Below are positions 1-8,992 of a DNA stretch of 49,293 nucleotides, one piece after another. This DNA is from a virus (taxonomy: Duplodnaviria; Caudoviricetes), in the IMG/VR virus record IMGVR_UViG_3300050194_000052, positions 1 to 49,293 of that record, one strand, 5' to 3'. Numbering within the stretch: position 1 is the stretch's first letter; each line of letters begins with the position of its first letter. The translations under genes and the position numbers were made by a program. The notes beneath the pieces were generated by a model. The model ran no database searches and had not been told where the DNA came from. It was given only the letters and a program-made list of their open reading frames with translations.

Positions 1-389
1 AACCACTTTTGCGTTGTAATATATCATTATCTGCGGGACTAAGACCTGCTATCTGAATAAGAGCAGAAGCTAATGAACTTATAAAACCAGAATCATTACT
101 TAGATCACTAGTCTTACTAGGTATAGTTGGTTTACCAGTTAAATCAACATAACTACCACTAGTAGCTACTGTAGATAATCCAAGGTCAACCTTCAACTGT
201 GTAATAGTGCGGTTAACCCATGAACCACTTTTGCGTTGTAATATATCATTATCTGCGGGACTAAGACCTGCTATCTGAATAAGAGCAGAAGCTAATGAAC
301 TTATAAAACCAGAATCATTACTTAGATCACTAGTCTTACTAGGTATAGTAGGTTTACCAGTTAAATCAGCATAACTACCACTAGTAGCC
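1..389. repeat. 222-bp (74-codon) tandem repeat inside the fibre gene
   Basis: Bases 1-167 recur at 223-389 with only about two substitutions; the period is a multiple of 3. Confidence 0.95.
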
Positions 390-1150
390 ACAGTAGCCAA
401 ACTATTAGGTTGTACAGCAGTATCTGCCTTAACTCCCTGAGCTGCTGTTGCACCACCCAATGATTGAATCGTAATTAGTGCAATCAGTCTTGCAGCCTCA
501 CCTATTTCTTCAGCACCAATATTGGTTCTAGCATTGTATTTTTGCAGTGTAGTCAGAGCTTGAGTAGCTACATCAAAACGTACACGGTTAGCAACTGTTT
601 GATCAAGAGCCTCTAACAATCCTTCAGCATTTGCCAGCTCATTAGCAATGGATTGTATAGTAGATAGAACTTGCCCATCTGTCCCCACAAGGGTGGCGAT
701 TTGATCATTCACATAGGATTGATCGGCTTTAGTACCCACTAATGTGATCAGAGTAGCAACAGTTTGTATTTCTGCTTTATTTAATAAAGCTAACCTATTG
801 GTTTCTACCGCTTCAGCAATAGGTAGTAGGTCTGTAAGATTGGCTTTTAAAGACAGATCTGGTTTATCAGTTAGATCATAGTAAGATTTAGGTACTCCTA
901 GGTACCCAACTAAGGTATCAATTTGTTCTGGTGTGAAGATATTACTCTCAACCTGCTCAACATTCAAATACTGACTATGAGTGTGATTCTCGGTCAGAAA
1001 CCCTTCAGATAACATCTGACTCTGGGTACCTGTTATCTCTAAAGGGTCAATATTATGCTGTTCAGCAAATTGAAGCTGAGTAGTATTCCCCTCCCCACGT
1101 AACTCAGTAATAATACTTACAGGATCAAAAAAGATCTGAGTAGTGTTCAT
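1..1150 (-). CDS. Tail fibre / receptor-binding protein, 3' end runs off the window
   Basis: Not in the ORF track because no stop lies inside the window. ATG at 1150 overlaps the upstream stop (ATGA) and the frame is open to base 1 (MNTTQIFFDPVSIITELRGEG...). Contains fibre-type motifs YYDLTDKPDL, QKYNARTNIGA and a repeated ATSGSYxDLTGKPTIPSKTSDLSNDSGF. Confidence 0.8.
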   Translation of the reverse strand, partial: MNTTQIFFDPVSIITELRGEGNTTQLQFAEQHNIDPLEITGTQSQMLSEGFLTENHTHSQYLNVEQVESNIFTPEQIDTLVGYLGVPKSYYDLTDKPDLSLKANLTDLLPIAEAVETNRLALLNKAEIQTVATLITLVGTKADQSYVNDQIATLVGTDGQVLSTIQSIANELANAEGLLEALDQTVANRVRFDVATQALTTLQKYNARTNIGAEEIGEAARLIALITIQSLGGATAAQGVKADTAVQPNSLATVATSGSYADLTGKPTIPSKTSDLSNDSGFISSLASALIQIAGLSPADNDILQRKSGSWVNRTITQLKVDLGLSTVATSGSYVDLTGKPTIPSKTSDLSNDSGFISSLASALIQIAGLSPADNDILQRKSG

Positions 1151-1476
1151 ACTATAGTTACCCCTTCGCTGACAAGAAATTGCTGAGTCTCTGTAACATC
1201 GGTATCATTAGAGGGATACTTATACATAACATCCCATTTAAGTAATCCAAGAGGCCAGCTTGTTGGGTCAATGTACAGGTAAAACATACCAACTAATTGC
1301 GGGTCTTGACTTATAGTAACTGGTAGTGAGGATACCAACCTACCAGAGGAGTCCCTAATTTGGCTAAAGATCTCTATACCAAGCTGGTTTATGTTTATAG
1401 GTTCTCCAGTCTTATCTAAATAACGCATAGCCACAGAGCCTTTTCTGCTCCTTTTGAGGGGATAAATTTTACTCAT
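1147..1476 (-). CDS. Small beta-rich protein, putative fibre-attachment adaptor
   Basis: Likely start MSKIYPLKR at 1476 (ATGAGTAA overlap with the upstream stop). Sits directly before the fibre gene and resembles 4897..5259 in size and pattern. Confidence 0.55.
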   Translation of the reverse strand: MSKIYPLKRSRKGSVAMRYLDKTGEPININQLGIEIFSQIRDSSGRLVSSLPVTISQDPQLVGMFYLYIDPTSWPLGLLKWDVMYKYPSNDTDVTETQQFLVSEGVTIV

Positions 1477-1582
1477 GGACATAAGCCCCGCATATGGTGA
1501 TAGGAACATGAATAGTTACTGGTTGCTGCATAGTGCATCCAGTAACCAATATCAAATAGAAAGTAAACAGTATGGTCTTCAT
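1469..1582 (-). CDS. 37-aa lipoprotein, spanin/Rz1-like lysis accessory candidate
   Basis: Read manually: MKTILFTFYLILVTGCTMQQPVTIHVPITICGAYVHE. Lipobox-like VTG-C, ATGA overlap with the endolysin stop, and it fills the gap exactly. Confidence 0.65.
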   Translation of the reverse strand: MKTILFTFYLILVTGCTMQQPVTIHVPITICGAYVHE

Positions 1583-2160
1583 GCTAAAAATAGCCTCTTT
1601 TCATTTTCCCTTCTGGTTGATAGTCCGCCCTCTACTACGTACATACCTCCAACCTTAGTTTTATTCCAGCGTGGTAGTTGATTAGCTGCACCAATATAAT
1701 CGCCAGAATTTAGCAGAGTTAAAAGTGTTGATTTTGCCAATGCACCAGTACCTAAATTAAAAGTAAAAGATACTAAAGCATCAAACTGGTTTTGATTTAA
1801 ATTCACTTTAACAAGCTGATTTACAGCATCAACTGAATCTTTTACATCCTCCTCAAGAAACATAGCAGCCTTAGCATAGTTAATCTCTTGACCAATACTG
1901 ACCCCCTTAGTATGTCCCCAACCAATGGTTGGTACTCCCTTAGAATCCTTGTAGGCTTTTAAACGTAACCCCTCACTCTGTTTGATCAGAGTGTATCCAG
2001 CTTCGCTTAGATTCATAGGTGTCTTCTCCTCAATACCAAGGAAGGCGGCTAGAATATTGGCACTACTAGCTGAGGCTAATATATTACCCGCATTGACTTG
2101 ATCATTGGTTAATGGGCCACACAAACCCCTTAACCGATCAAAAATAACTTTCATATCCAT
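1579..2160 (-). CDS. Endolysin, GH24 phage lysozyme
   Basis: E-x8-D-x5-T triad in SEGLRLKAYKDSKGVPTIGWGHT; QNQFDALVSFTFNLG; C-terminal GL..RRENE..LF. Confidence 0.95.
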   Translation of the reverse strand: MDMKVIFDRLRGLCGPLTNDQVNAGNILASASSANILAAFLGIEEKTPMNLSEAGYTLIKQSEGLRLKAYKDSKGVPTIGWGHTKGVSIGQEINYAKAAMFLEEDVKDSVDAVNQLVKVNLNQNQFDALVSFTFNLGTGALAKSTLLTLLNSGDYIGAANQLPRWNKTKVGGMYVVEGGLSTRRENEKRLFLA

Positions 2161-2183
2161 AACCGCACTCCTAGCTAGGGTTA

Positions 2184-2205
2184 TAAAGCCTCCTAAGAGG
2201 CTTTA
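2184..2205. terminator. Intergenic hairpin, probable terminator
   Basis: TAAAGCCTC-ctaa-GAGGCTTTA just downstream of the 2214..2948 stop. Confidence 0.55.
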
Positions 2206-2213
2206 CTACATCC

Positions 2214-2948
2214 TTAAACAGTCACACCTTTACTAGATGCGTAGGTTCGTAATCTTGCAGCCCATGATGCTTTCTCATCTGCTGTGAGCACATCATGATG
2301 GGCAACCCAAGCCATCAACTTAGAGGTACCAACGTAACTGGCTGTGAAGTTTGCACCAAGTCTAAAGTTACCATTTGTGAGGATCTTGGTACTACCAGTG
2401 CTATTTGTGGCAGTAGCTCCAGTAGTTAGGTTAGTGATGGTGTTACCCGTAGCTGTAACCTCTAACTGATATAGCGCCCAAGTAGCGTTAGCATTACCCG
2501 AAATCGCTGCTGAGGCACTAGTAGCAGTACCAGCGTTGTTACGACTTGATCCAAAGGTGATACCACTAGCAGTCATGTAAAGAGAGGTGCCAAATGTTGA
2601 GGTACCACCACTTTGAACGGTATTACCGTTAGTGCTGAATAGCATAGCCCCGTCAATTGAGCTAAAATCTTGATCAGACTTGGCAATCAGAAAGAAAGTC
2701 ATCAAGGCAGATTCAGGTACACCCGTATCAACATAGTTGGTGTTATCCGTCATCTGGGCATACTGACTTGTAATCGTGGGTGCCCCCGTCACGGAACCAT
2801 TGATCCCATCTTCAACAAAGTTGTGTGCTAATTTAGCAGCACTATCCACTAGGAAGTGGATTCCTTTTAAAGCTCTGGTAACTGGAGCTACGTAAGTACC
2901 TGTACCTGTAGTGGTTTCACCTTTAGCAGCAGAATAAATACTAACCAT
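2214..2948 (-). CDS. Beta-sandwich (LamG/ConA-like) virion accessory protein
   Basis: Thr/Ser/Gly-rich; MTFFLIAKS...WALYQLEV...NFRLGA...HHDVLTADE fits a ConA-like fold; follows the tailspike gene. Confidence 0.5.
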   Translation of the reverse strand: MVSIYSAAKGETTTGTGTYVAPVTRALKGIHFLVDSAAKLAHNFVEDGINGSVTGAPTITSQYAQMTDNTNYVDTGVPESALMTFFLIAKSDQDFSSIDGAMLFSTNGNTVQSGGTSTFGTSLYMTASGITFGSSRNNAGTATSASAAISGNANATWALYQLEVTATGNTITNLTTGATATNSTGSTKILTNGNFRLGANFTASYVGTSKLMAWVAHHDVLTADEKASWAARLRTYASSKGVTV

Positions 2949-2959
2949 TTTTGATCTCC

Positions 2960-4897
2960 TTAGATCAACGATTGAATAGCCGCTGCGGAATAGGCAGCAA
3001 GTGTGTGTGCGAGTTGATAGCGACCTGAATACTGCGGGTGAATATCATCGGCAAGACCGCCGATTAATGCACCTGTAACACTATCAGTTGTTGCTGACCC
3101 AGTGGTGATACTGTATCCGATTTCAGATGGTGCAAGCGCCCAAATAGGTGCAACGATTAACCCACTAACACTGTTTTTCAGATTGATCAATGCCCGAATC
3201 ATTGGTGCGTATTCAGCTTCGAAAATAACATCTCTATCCGATGTAGAAGAGGTAGTTTGCATACCCACAATCATTTTGGCAGAAGGCCATGCTGCTTTAA
3301 AGCTGTTTAACATCAGTGTTAGATCTTCTGCATATTCGGTGGGTAGCGTAGCTCCATCCCTATCCCGACTATTATTAGTACCCAATAAGGTAATAACGAC
3401 ATCTGGAGTAGGCACTGGTTTTGTTGTTGAAGCAAAACGGGACTGATAAAATGCAGCATCAAATACATAACCATTCTTGATCACACCTGCACTATCACCA
3501 CCTGTTGCAGCACGCAAAAACGGATTATATTCACGTGCTGCATTTTTATCTGACAAACCAAGATTAAGGTAGGTTTGCTCACCACCGACGCTTACAATCT
3601 GCACCCTATCTGTATAGCGGTATGTATAATCACCCGTTTCGTGACCCTCTCTACCCTCACCGTATTCACCACCAGTTTGTGTGGAGGTTTCCCCATCCAA
3701 TGACCCCTTTAACGTACCGACAAACGTGACGTTATATCCGTAGCTTGTTAAATAGGACTTAATGAGTGAGCACAGACCACGGTTGGTAATACTATCACCA
3801 ACCACCAAAATGTTTTTATTGCTCTGACCTGTTAAGCCGATTGGGGCTGTTTTAAATGTTAACGGAATACGTGCAATAGTGTTTGGATTGTTTGCTGTAT
3901 CACACAGGGTTAAATAGCCACTACTAACATACTCTCCAGCATCAAAGCGAATAGAGTCTCTAGATTGGGAGAAACCTTTACCATTCTGGTCACTAATCGT
4001 AGCTAACAGATTACGCGTGCTATTTACTAAACTGCGCTGTGCCACAAGCGACGCAACATCAATAAACGTAGGCTGATTAGTAAACGTAACTAGTGGGCCG
4101 CAGAATAGCGGAGCAGCAACACTAACTACACTGGTTGGAGTAACAGTGGCACTTTGAGATGGAAACTCAACTATAACGAAGTTGTCATCCCCAACGAAGC
4201 GAACTTTAGAACTACTATCTGCCATAATCTTTAACCCTGCTAACTGTGCGAAACTGGGATTAATCTGTGCGAATTTAAACCCATCACTACCGATAAAGTC
4301 AAAACCACTACCCAAGCCATTTAATTGTAGTGAGTCCGTGATTAACTTACCAAAGAATCTTGAGAAGTCCGGCCCAAACTCACCAGCAAGGAAGTTATCT
4401 GCGTTGATAAACTTAAATGTATTCCCATTATCTTGGAGTATCTTTATCAGATTTAAAACACTAAAGAATCCTTCTTTCAACTTACCGATGCTGAAGTTAT
4501 CAGAACCAGAAAAGTTAAAGTCAGATCCAGTATCAGATATAAGAGCCTTTCTACTTGCAACCTCTGCGGATATAATTATGATGGCTTGAGTAAGTGGATC
4601 ATACAGAGACTTTTCCCAAGCTCCATTCAATACTCCGTACAAACCATTATTAGCCGCAGTGGTATCATTAGTAACATAAGCCAACATATTTGGGCTAGTA
4701 GGCGGGTTAGCTAACATTAAAGCTTTAGTTTGATAACCATTATACCCGTTACTGGCTGCGTATATAGCAGTAGAAATATCATCTATTCTTTTACTAAGTT
4801 GTGTGTAGAATACCCCATCTACCGCTGAGGCCATAGCCACTATGATAGATCTTGTGTCTATCTGCATCCTATTAGGAATACCCATAAAGGTAGACAT
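2960..4897 (-). CDS. Tailspike with SGNH/GDSL esterase domain
   Basis: Block I VVGDSIT, block III LLGTNN, block V DDIHP. The N-terminus (AYVTNDTTAANNGLY) looks like a particle-attachment region. Confidence 0.8.
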   Translation of the reverse strand: MSTFMGIPNRMQIDTRSIIVAMASAVDGVFYTQLSKRIDDISTAIYAASNGYNGYQTKALMLANPPTSPNMLAYVTNDTTAANNGLYGVLNGAWEKSLYDPLTQAIIIISAEVASRKALISDTGSDFNFSGSDNFSIGKLKEGFFSVLNLIKILQDNGNTFKFINADNFLAGEFGPDFSRFFGKLITDSLQLNGLGSGFDFIGSDGFKFAQINPSFAQLAGLKIMADSSSKVRFVGDDNFVIVEFPSQSATVTPTSVVSVAAPLFCGPLVTFTNQPTFIDVASLVAQRSLVNSTRNLLATISDQNGKGFSQSRDSIRFDAGEYVSSGYLTLCDTANNPNTIARIPLTFKTAPIGLTGQSNKNILVVGDSITNRGLCSLIKSYLTSYGYNVTFVGTLKGSLDGETSTQTGGEYGEGREGHETGDYTYRYTDRVQIVSVGGEQTYLNLGLSDKNAAREYNPFLRAATGGDSAGVIKNGYVFDAAFYQSRFASTTKPVPTPDVVITLLGTNNSRDRDGATLPTEYAEDLTLMLNSFKAAWPSAKMIVGMQTTSSTSDRDVIFEAEYAPMIRALINLKNSVSGLIVAPIWALAPSEIGYSITTGSATTDSVTGALIGGLADDIHPQYSGRYQLAHTLAAYSAAAIQSLI

Positions 4898-5259
4898 TAT
4901 ATATTCTCCAGTGTTGGCGAAGGTTGAAGGTTAACATATATAGTATCTGATGGTATAACAGTCTCTTCAAACGAGGGAGGTAAAAGAGAGAGTACAACAT
5001 CAAAAGACAACATAGTACCTATCAAATCCTTAGAGAGTAGGGAAGTATCTAGACTTATGGTGGCTACTCCTAGATTAACCACTTGGTCTAATACCTCCAC
5101 ATCCAAGATCTGTATGGACGAATTATCTGCATCTCTTAGTACAGAGTTTAGAGATACTCCTTCAGTAGACAGATTGAAATCTACATATCTGACAGGGTAC
5201 TTAACCTTCTGCCCCCACTTTAAATCAATGATGATTGCATCTTGGCAACAGTTGCTCAT
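4897..5259 (-). CDS. Small protein, putative tailspike adaptor
   Basis: Likely start MSNCC at 5259 after GAGGGTAGGA; stop abuts the tailspike ATG; similar to 1147..1476. Confidence 0.5.
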   Translation of the reverse strand: MSNCCQDAIIIDLKWGQKVKYPVRYVDFNLSTEGVSLNSVLRDADNSSIQILDVEVLDQVVNLGVATISLDTSLLSKDLIGTMLSFDVVLSLLPPSFEETVIPSDTIYVNLQPSPTLENI

Positions 5260-5295
5260 AATCCTACCCTCGCATATGGACATACTAACAAAGTA

Positions 5296-5538
5296 TTAAC
5301 GACAATGCAAAAAGTCTTTTAGATTAGGCCAACTATAGTTTATAAGAAATACTACACTTAAACAAACAATCCCAATTGCACTTCCTAAATAAGCTCCAAC
5401 TAAGCATGATAGTATTAATAAGGTCATTATAGCATTTCTTCTACGGCTACGAGTATAGAACACCCTATCCGGTAGGATAACCAGTAACCCTAGAGTTGCA
5501 GCTAGTAAGGCCCATAGTAAGCAGGATGGAATGTTCAT
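5296..5538 (-). CDS. Small membrane protein (holin/antiholin candidate)
   Basis: 80 aa with about three hydrophobic segments and a basic RSRRR loop. Confidence 0.45.
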   Translation of the reverse strand: MNIPSCLLWALLAATLGLLVILPDRVFYTRSRRRNAIMTLLILSCLVGAYLGSAIGIVCLSVVFLINYSWPNLKDFLHCR

Positions 5539-5542
5539 AGGT

Positions 5543-6019
5543 TTATACTCTGAAGAATTTGCGAATAGTTGCTACTATTAAGGCTGTTATATTCTCCGCA
5601 GTTGACGGAGATATAAAAGCCACCAACCCTACCCATAATATACTACTCAGCCCAGATCCACTCTGAGGTAGACCAATAGTATACACAAAGGCACATAAAC
5701 CACCAAGGGCAGACAGCAGAAGCTTCAACCTTGGGTCAGATATTCTGGAGGTTTCAGGCATTGGATAGAGCATCCCCGCCATAGAACCAACTAATAGGGC
5801 CATTAAACACCCACCCACTATAAACTCAAGGTCATAATGCTTTACCATTACCCTTAAAGGGGATGTTTCAGAAGCATACACTGGATAGGAAATAATCAAT
5901 AACACTTTCAATAATAATAAACTGTATCTACTCACAGGATGCTCCAGAAGGGTTTTTTTACTTTTTGGATTATACCTTAATACCTCTTGAAGAGAAACTT
6001 TGTTTAATATAGAGTACAT
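5543..6019 (-). CDS. Multi-TM membrane protein (holin candidate)
   Basis: About four hydrophobic helices and a basic C-terminus (IRKFFRV). Start placed at MYSIL (6019) to avoid overlap with nrdA; the start is uncertain. Confidence 0.45.
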   Translation of the reverse strand: MYSILNKVSLQEVLRYNPKSKKTLLEHPVSRYSLLLLKVLLIISYPVYASETSPLRVMVKHYDLEFIVGGCLMALLVGSMAGMLYPMPETSRISDPRLKLLLSALGGLCAFVYTIGLPQSGSGLSSILWVGLVAFISPSTAENITALIVATIRKFFRV

Positions 6020-6042
6020 AATCCAACGTGAGGATCTAAAAC

Positions 6043-8988
6043 ATGACAGTCCCATTCCCATCAGACCTATCCCATACTCCATTGGATTTAAAGGATTTTA
6101 GTTTAGCAACTCTACAGGAGCGATACCTTCTCAAGCATGAAAAAAGTCCTAAAGACGCGTACTGGCGATGCGCCACAGCCTTCTCAGATAATCCAGAGAT
6201 GGCTAAACGAATGTATGAGTATTTCTTAAAGCAATGGGTAGGGCCAGCCTCTCCGGTTTTAAGTAATGCTCCTGAACGAATCAAATTTACACCTAAATTC
6301 AAGCATAATTTCAAAGCTGATTGCTTTGTTAATGTCTTAGGCCCATTGCCGATCTCTTGCTTTCTGACTTTCGTGCCAGACTCTCGCTTTGGTATTGCTG
6401 ACTCATATATGGAGTCAGTTTTCCTAAACAGTAATGGTGGGGGTATTGGTCAGTATTGGGGCCAATTGAGAGAGTTAAACTCTCCTACAAGTACAGGCCA
6501 AAAAACTGGTGGGGCTATCCCGTTTATTGGAGTTACAGATAGGTTAGTTTTAGCTACCAATCAGGGTAGTAATCGGCGTGGTGCTATCCAGAACAATATG
6601 GATATCTCACACCCAGAGATTATGGAGTTTATCCAGATCCGTAATCCTACAGGAGACAATAATCGTCGCTCTCGTAATACCCATAACTCTGTTAATATCA
6701 CCAATGACTTCATGTATGCAGTTATTGAAGATAGAAATTGGGATCTTATCTCCCCACACACCAAAGAGGTAGTTAAGACAGTTAGAGCAAGAGAGATCTG
6801 GGAGCTTTTACTCTCTACCGCAGCAGAGAAAACTGGCGAACCAATGATTCATTGGGTTGACCAGAGTAACTACCACCTACCACAAAGTCAGAAAGACTTA
6901 GGGTTGAAAGTACACGGCTCCAACCTCTGCGTGGCCCCTGAAACAGTGATTCTGACTGATGAGGGTTATAAGGAGATCCAAACCTTAGCTGGTAAGATGG
7001 TAAATATATGGAATGGGGAAGAGTGGAGTCTTTCTGCTGTTGCTCAAACAGGGGAAGATCAACCTTTAATTAAGGTTACTTTCAGTAATGGTATGAGTCT
7101 ATACTGTACAGAGTATCACCGTTTCGAGGTATTAAGATCTGGTTATGGTTCTAAGTCTCTAGTGGTAAAAATGGCTAGTGAGCTTGTAGAGGGGGACTGT
7201 CTACCCCGTTTAGAGCTTCCAGTTATTCAAGGGGAAAAGGATCTAGATAAGGCTTATACTAATGGTTTCTTCTCTGCTGAGGGTTGCGAGTATGCAGGTA
7301 AACAGCTACTTCAAATCTACGGCGAGAAGCAAAAGTTACGTCCTTATCTTGAAGGGGTAACAAGCTGGAATCAACAGGATAATCGCAGCTCTGTTTTCTG
7401 TAAGGGTTTGAAACCTAAGTTCTATCTACCTACCGCTGAGTATTCAGTCCAGTCACGTCTAAACTGGTTAGCAGGACTACTCGATGGTGATGGTTGCGTG
7501 GCAAGAAACGGTAGCAATGATTCAATCCAGATCACCTCAGTTGAGCATGAGTTTATTCAGCAACTGCTTCTGATGCTACAAACCTTGGGAGTTGCTGCCA
7601 AGATCTCTGTTGTTGCTGAAGAAGGTTATCGCCCACTTCCTGATGGTAAGGGTGGAAGTAAAGATTACCTCTGCCAGAAGGCTTATCGCCTGCTGATCAA
7701 TAGCAACGATACTTATCATCTGTTGCAGTTAGGTTTAAATTGCAAGCGTCTGGTCTTTAGAGGTAACAAACCACAGCGTATCTGCTCTCGGTTTGTCACT
7801 GTTGTTGGTGTAGAGAATGATGGTCGAATTGACGATACCTACTGCTTTAACGAACCGTTAAAACACAGGGGTTTCTTCAATGGAATCAACGCTCTGAACT
7901 GCCACGAGATTACCCAAGCCACAGCTAAAGATCGCACTGCTGTGTGTTGCTTATCCTCGACCAACATTAGTAAGTATAATGAGTGGAAAGATCACCCCAC
8001 TTTCATAGCTGACTGCATACGCTTCCTTGACAATGTTATTGAGTATTTTGTCCAGAATGCTACCGCTAACGCCCGTAGTCAGATAGATGCTGAACGCTTG
8101 GCTGAGGTAATTCGTGAGTCAATGCAGGATGAGCCTTCTTTCACTGAGCAGATGGTTCAGAAGATGGTGGAGGGTATTATCCATAAGTTTATTCACCCGA
8201 TGCGCAAAGCTGTCCACTCTGCAAAAAGAGAAAGGTCTTTAGGTTTAGGCCAAATGGGTTGGGATACCTACTTCCAAGATAACGAGATTTATTATGACTC
8301 TAATGAGGCAGTAGATCTGGTAGGTAAAGTTAGCAAGCAAATCCAAGAGCAAGCTGTTGCTGCGAGTATCCAGTTAGGTACCGAGCGTGGTGAAGCGCCA
8401 GATATGAAGGGTACAGGTCGCCGTAATAGTCATGTGACCGCCTTGGCTCCAACTGCTACTAACGCTATTATCTGTAACAACGTGGTACCTAGTGGTGAGA
8501 AAGCATATCAAAACGTCTTTACCCATAAGACCTTGAGTGGTTCCTTCCAAGTTCGCTCCCCGTATGTGGAAAGAAAGCTTGAGGCAATGGGTAAAAATAA
8601 CAAGGATGTTTGGAAGAGTATTAGCGATAACGATGGTTCCACTCAGCATCTAGACTTCTTTGATGATCATACCAAGCGGATGACAAGGACGGCTTTTGAG
8701 ATTGATCAGCGTTGGGTTGTCTATCATGCAGTAGCACGTCAACCTCACACATGTCAGGCTCAATCTGTCAATGTGTTCTTCTTGCCTACTGCTAGTAAGA
8801 AGGACATTAACATCGTACACTTGATGATGTGGAAGTATGGGTTAAAGACTCGTTACTATCTCAAGTCGAAAGCCATGCGGGGTGGTATGTCTACCATTAT
8901 GAGTAAGATCATTGGTGGGGTAATGACAGATAGTAAGCCAATGACTGCTCCTATCAACTATGAAGAATGCGCGAACTGCGGAGGATAA
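6043..8988 (+). CDS. nrdA: Ribonucleotide reductase class Ia alpha subunit, intein-containing
   Basis: PASPVLSN, PISCF, GGGIG, GSNL/CHEI active site, LAPTAT, CQAQSVN, TRYYLK tyrosine pair, C-terminal CANC. No N-terminal ATP-cone is visible. Confidence 0.95.
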   Translation: MTVPFPSDLSHTPLDLKDFSLATLQERYLLKHEKSPKDAYWRCATAFSDNPEMAKRMYEYFLKQWVGPASPVLSNAPERIKFTPKFKHNFKADCFVNVLGPLPISCFLTFVPDSRFGIADSYMESVFLNSNGGGIGQYWGQLRELNSPTSTGQKTGGAIPFIGVTDRLVLATNQGSNRRGAIQNNMDISHPEIMEFIQIRNPTGDNNRRSRNTHNSVNITNDFMYAVIEDRNWDLISPHTKEVVKTVRAREIWELLLSTAAEKTGEPMIHWVDQSNYHLPQSQKDLGLKVHGSNLCVAPETVILTDEGYKEIQTLAGKMVNIWNGEEWSLSAVAQTGEDQPLIKVTFSNGMSLYCTEYHRFEVLRSGYGSKSLVVKMASELVEGDCLPRLELPVIQGEKDLDKAYTNGFFSAEGCEYAGKQLLQIYGEKQKLRPYLEGVTSWNQQDNRSSVFCKGLKPKFYLPTAEYSVQSRLNWLAGLLDGDGCVARNGSNDSIQITSVEHEFIQQLLLMLQTLGVAAKISVVAEEGYRPLPDGKGGSKDYLCQKAYRLLINSNDTYHLLQLGLNCKRLVFRGNKPQRICSRFVTVVGVENDGRIDDTYCFNEPLKHRGFFNGINALNCHEITQATAKDRTAVCCLSSTNISKYNEWKDHPTFIADCIRFLDNVIEYFVQNATANARSQIDAERLAEVIRESMQDEPSFTEQMVQKMVEGIIHKFIHPMRKAVHSAKRERSLGLGQMGWDTYFQDNEIYYDSNEAVDLVGKVSKQIQEQAVAASIQLGTERGEAPDMKGTGRRNSHVTALAPTATNAIICNNVVPSGEKAYQNVFTHKTLSGSFQVRSPYVERKLEAMGKNNKDVWKSISDNDGSTQHLDFFDDHTKRMTRTAFEIDQRWVVYHAVARQPHTCQAQSVNVFFLPTASKKDINIVHLMMWKYGLKTRYYLKSKAMRGGMSTIMSKIIGGVMTDSKPMTAPINYEECANCGG
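6928..7899 (+). mobile_element. 324-aa intein with LAGLIDADG homing endonuclease
   Basis: Begins CVAPET, block B CTEYHRF, endonuclease motifs NGFFSAEG and LAGLLDGDG, ends TYCFNEPLKHRGFFNGINALN before Cys. Removal restores GSNL-CHEI. Confidence 0.93.
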
Positions 8989-8992
8989 CACC

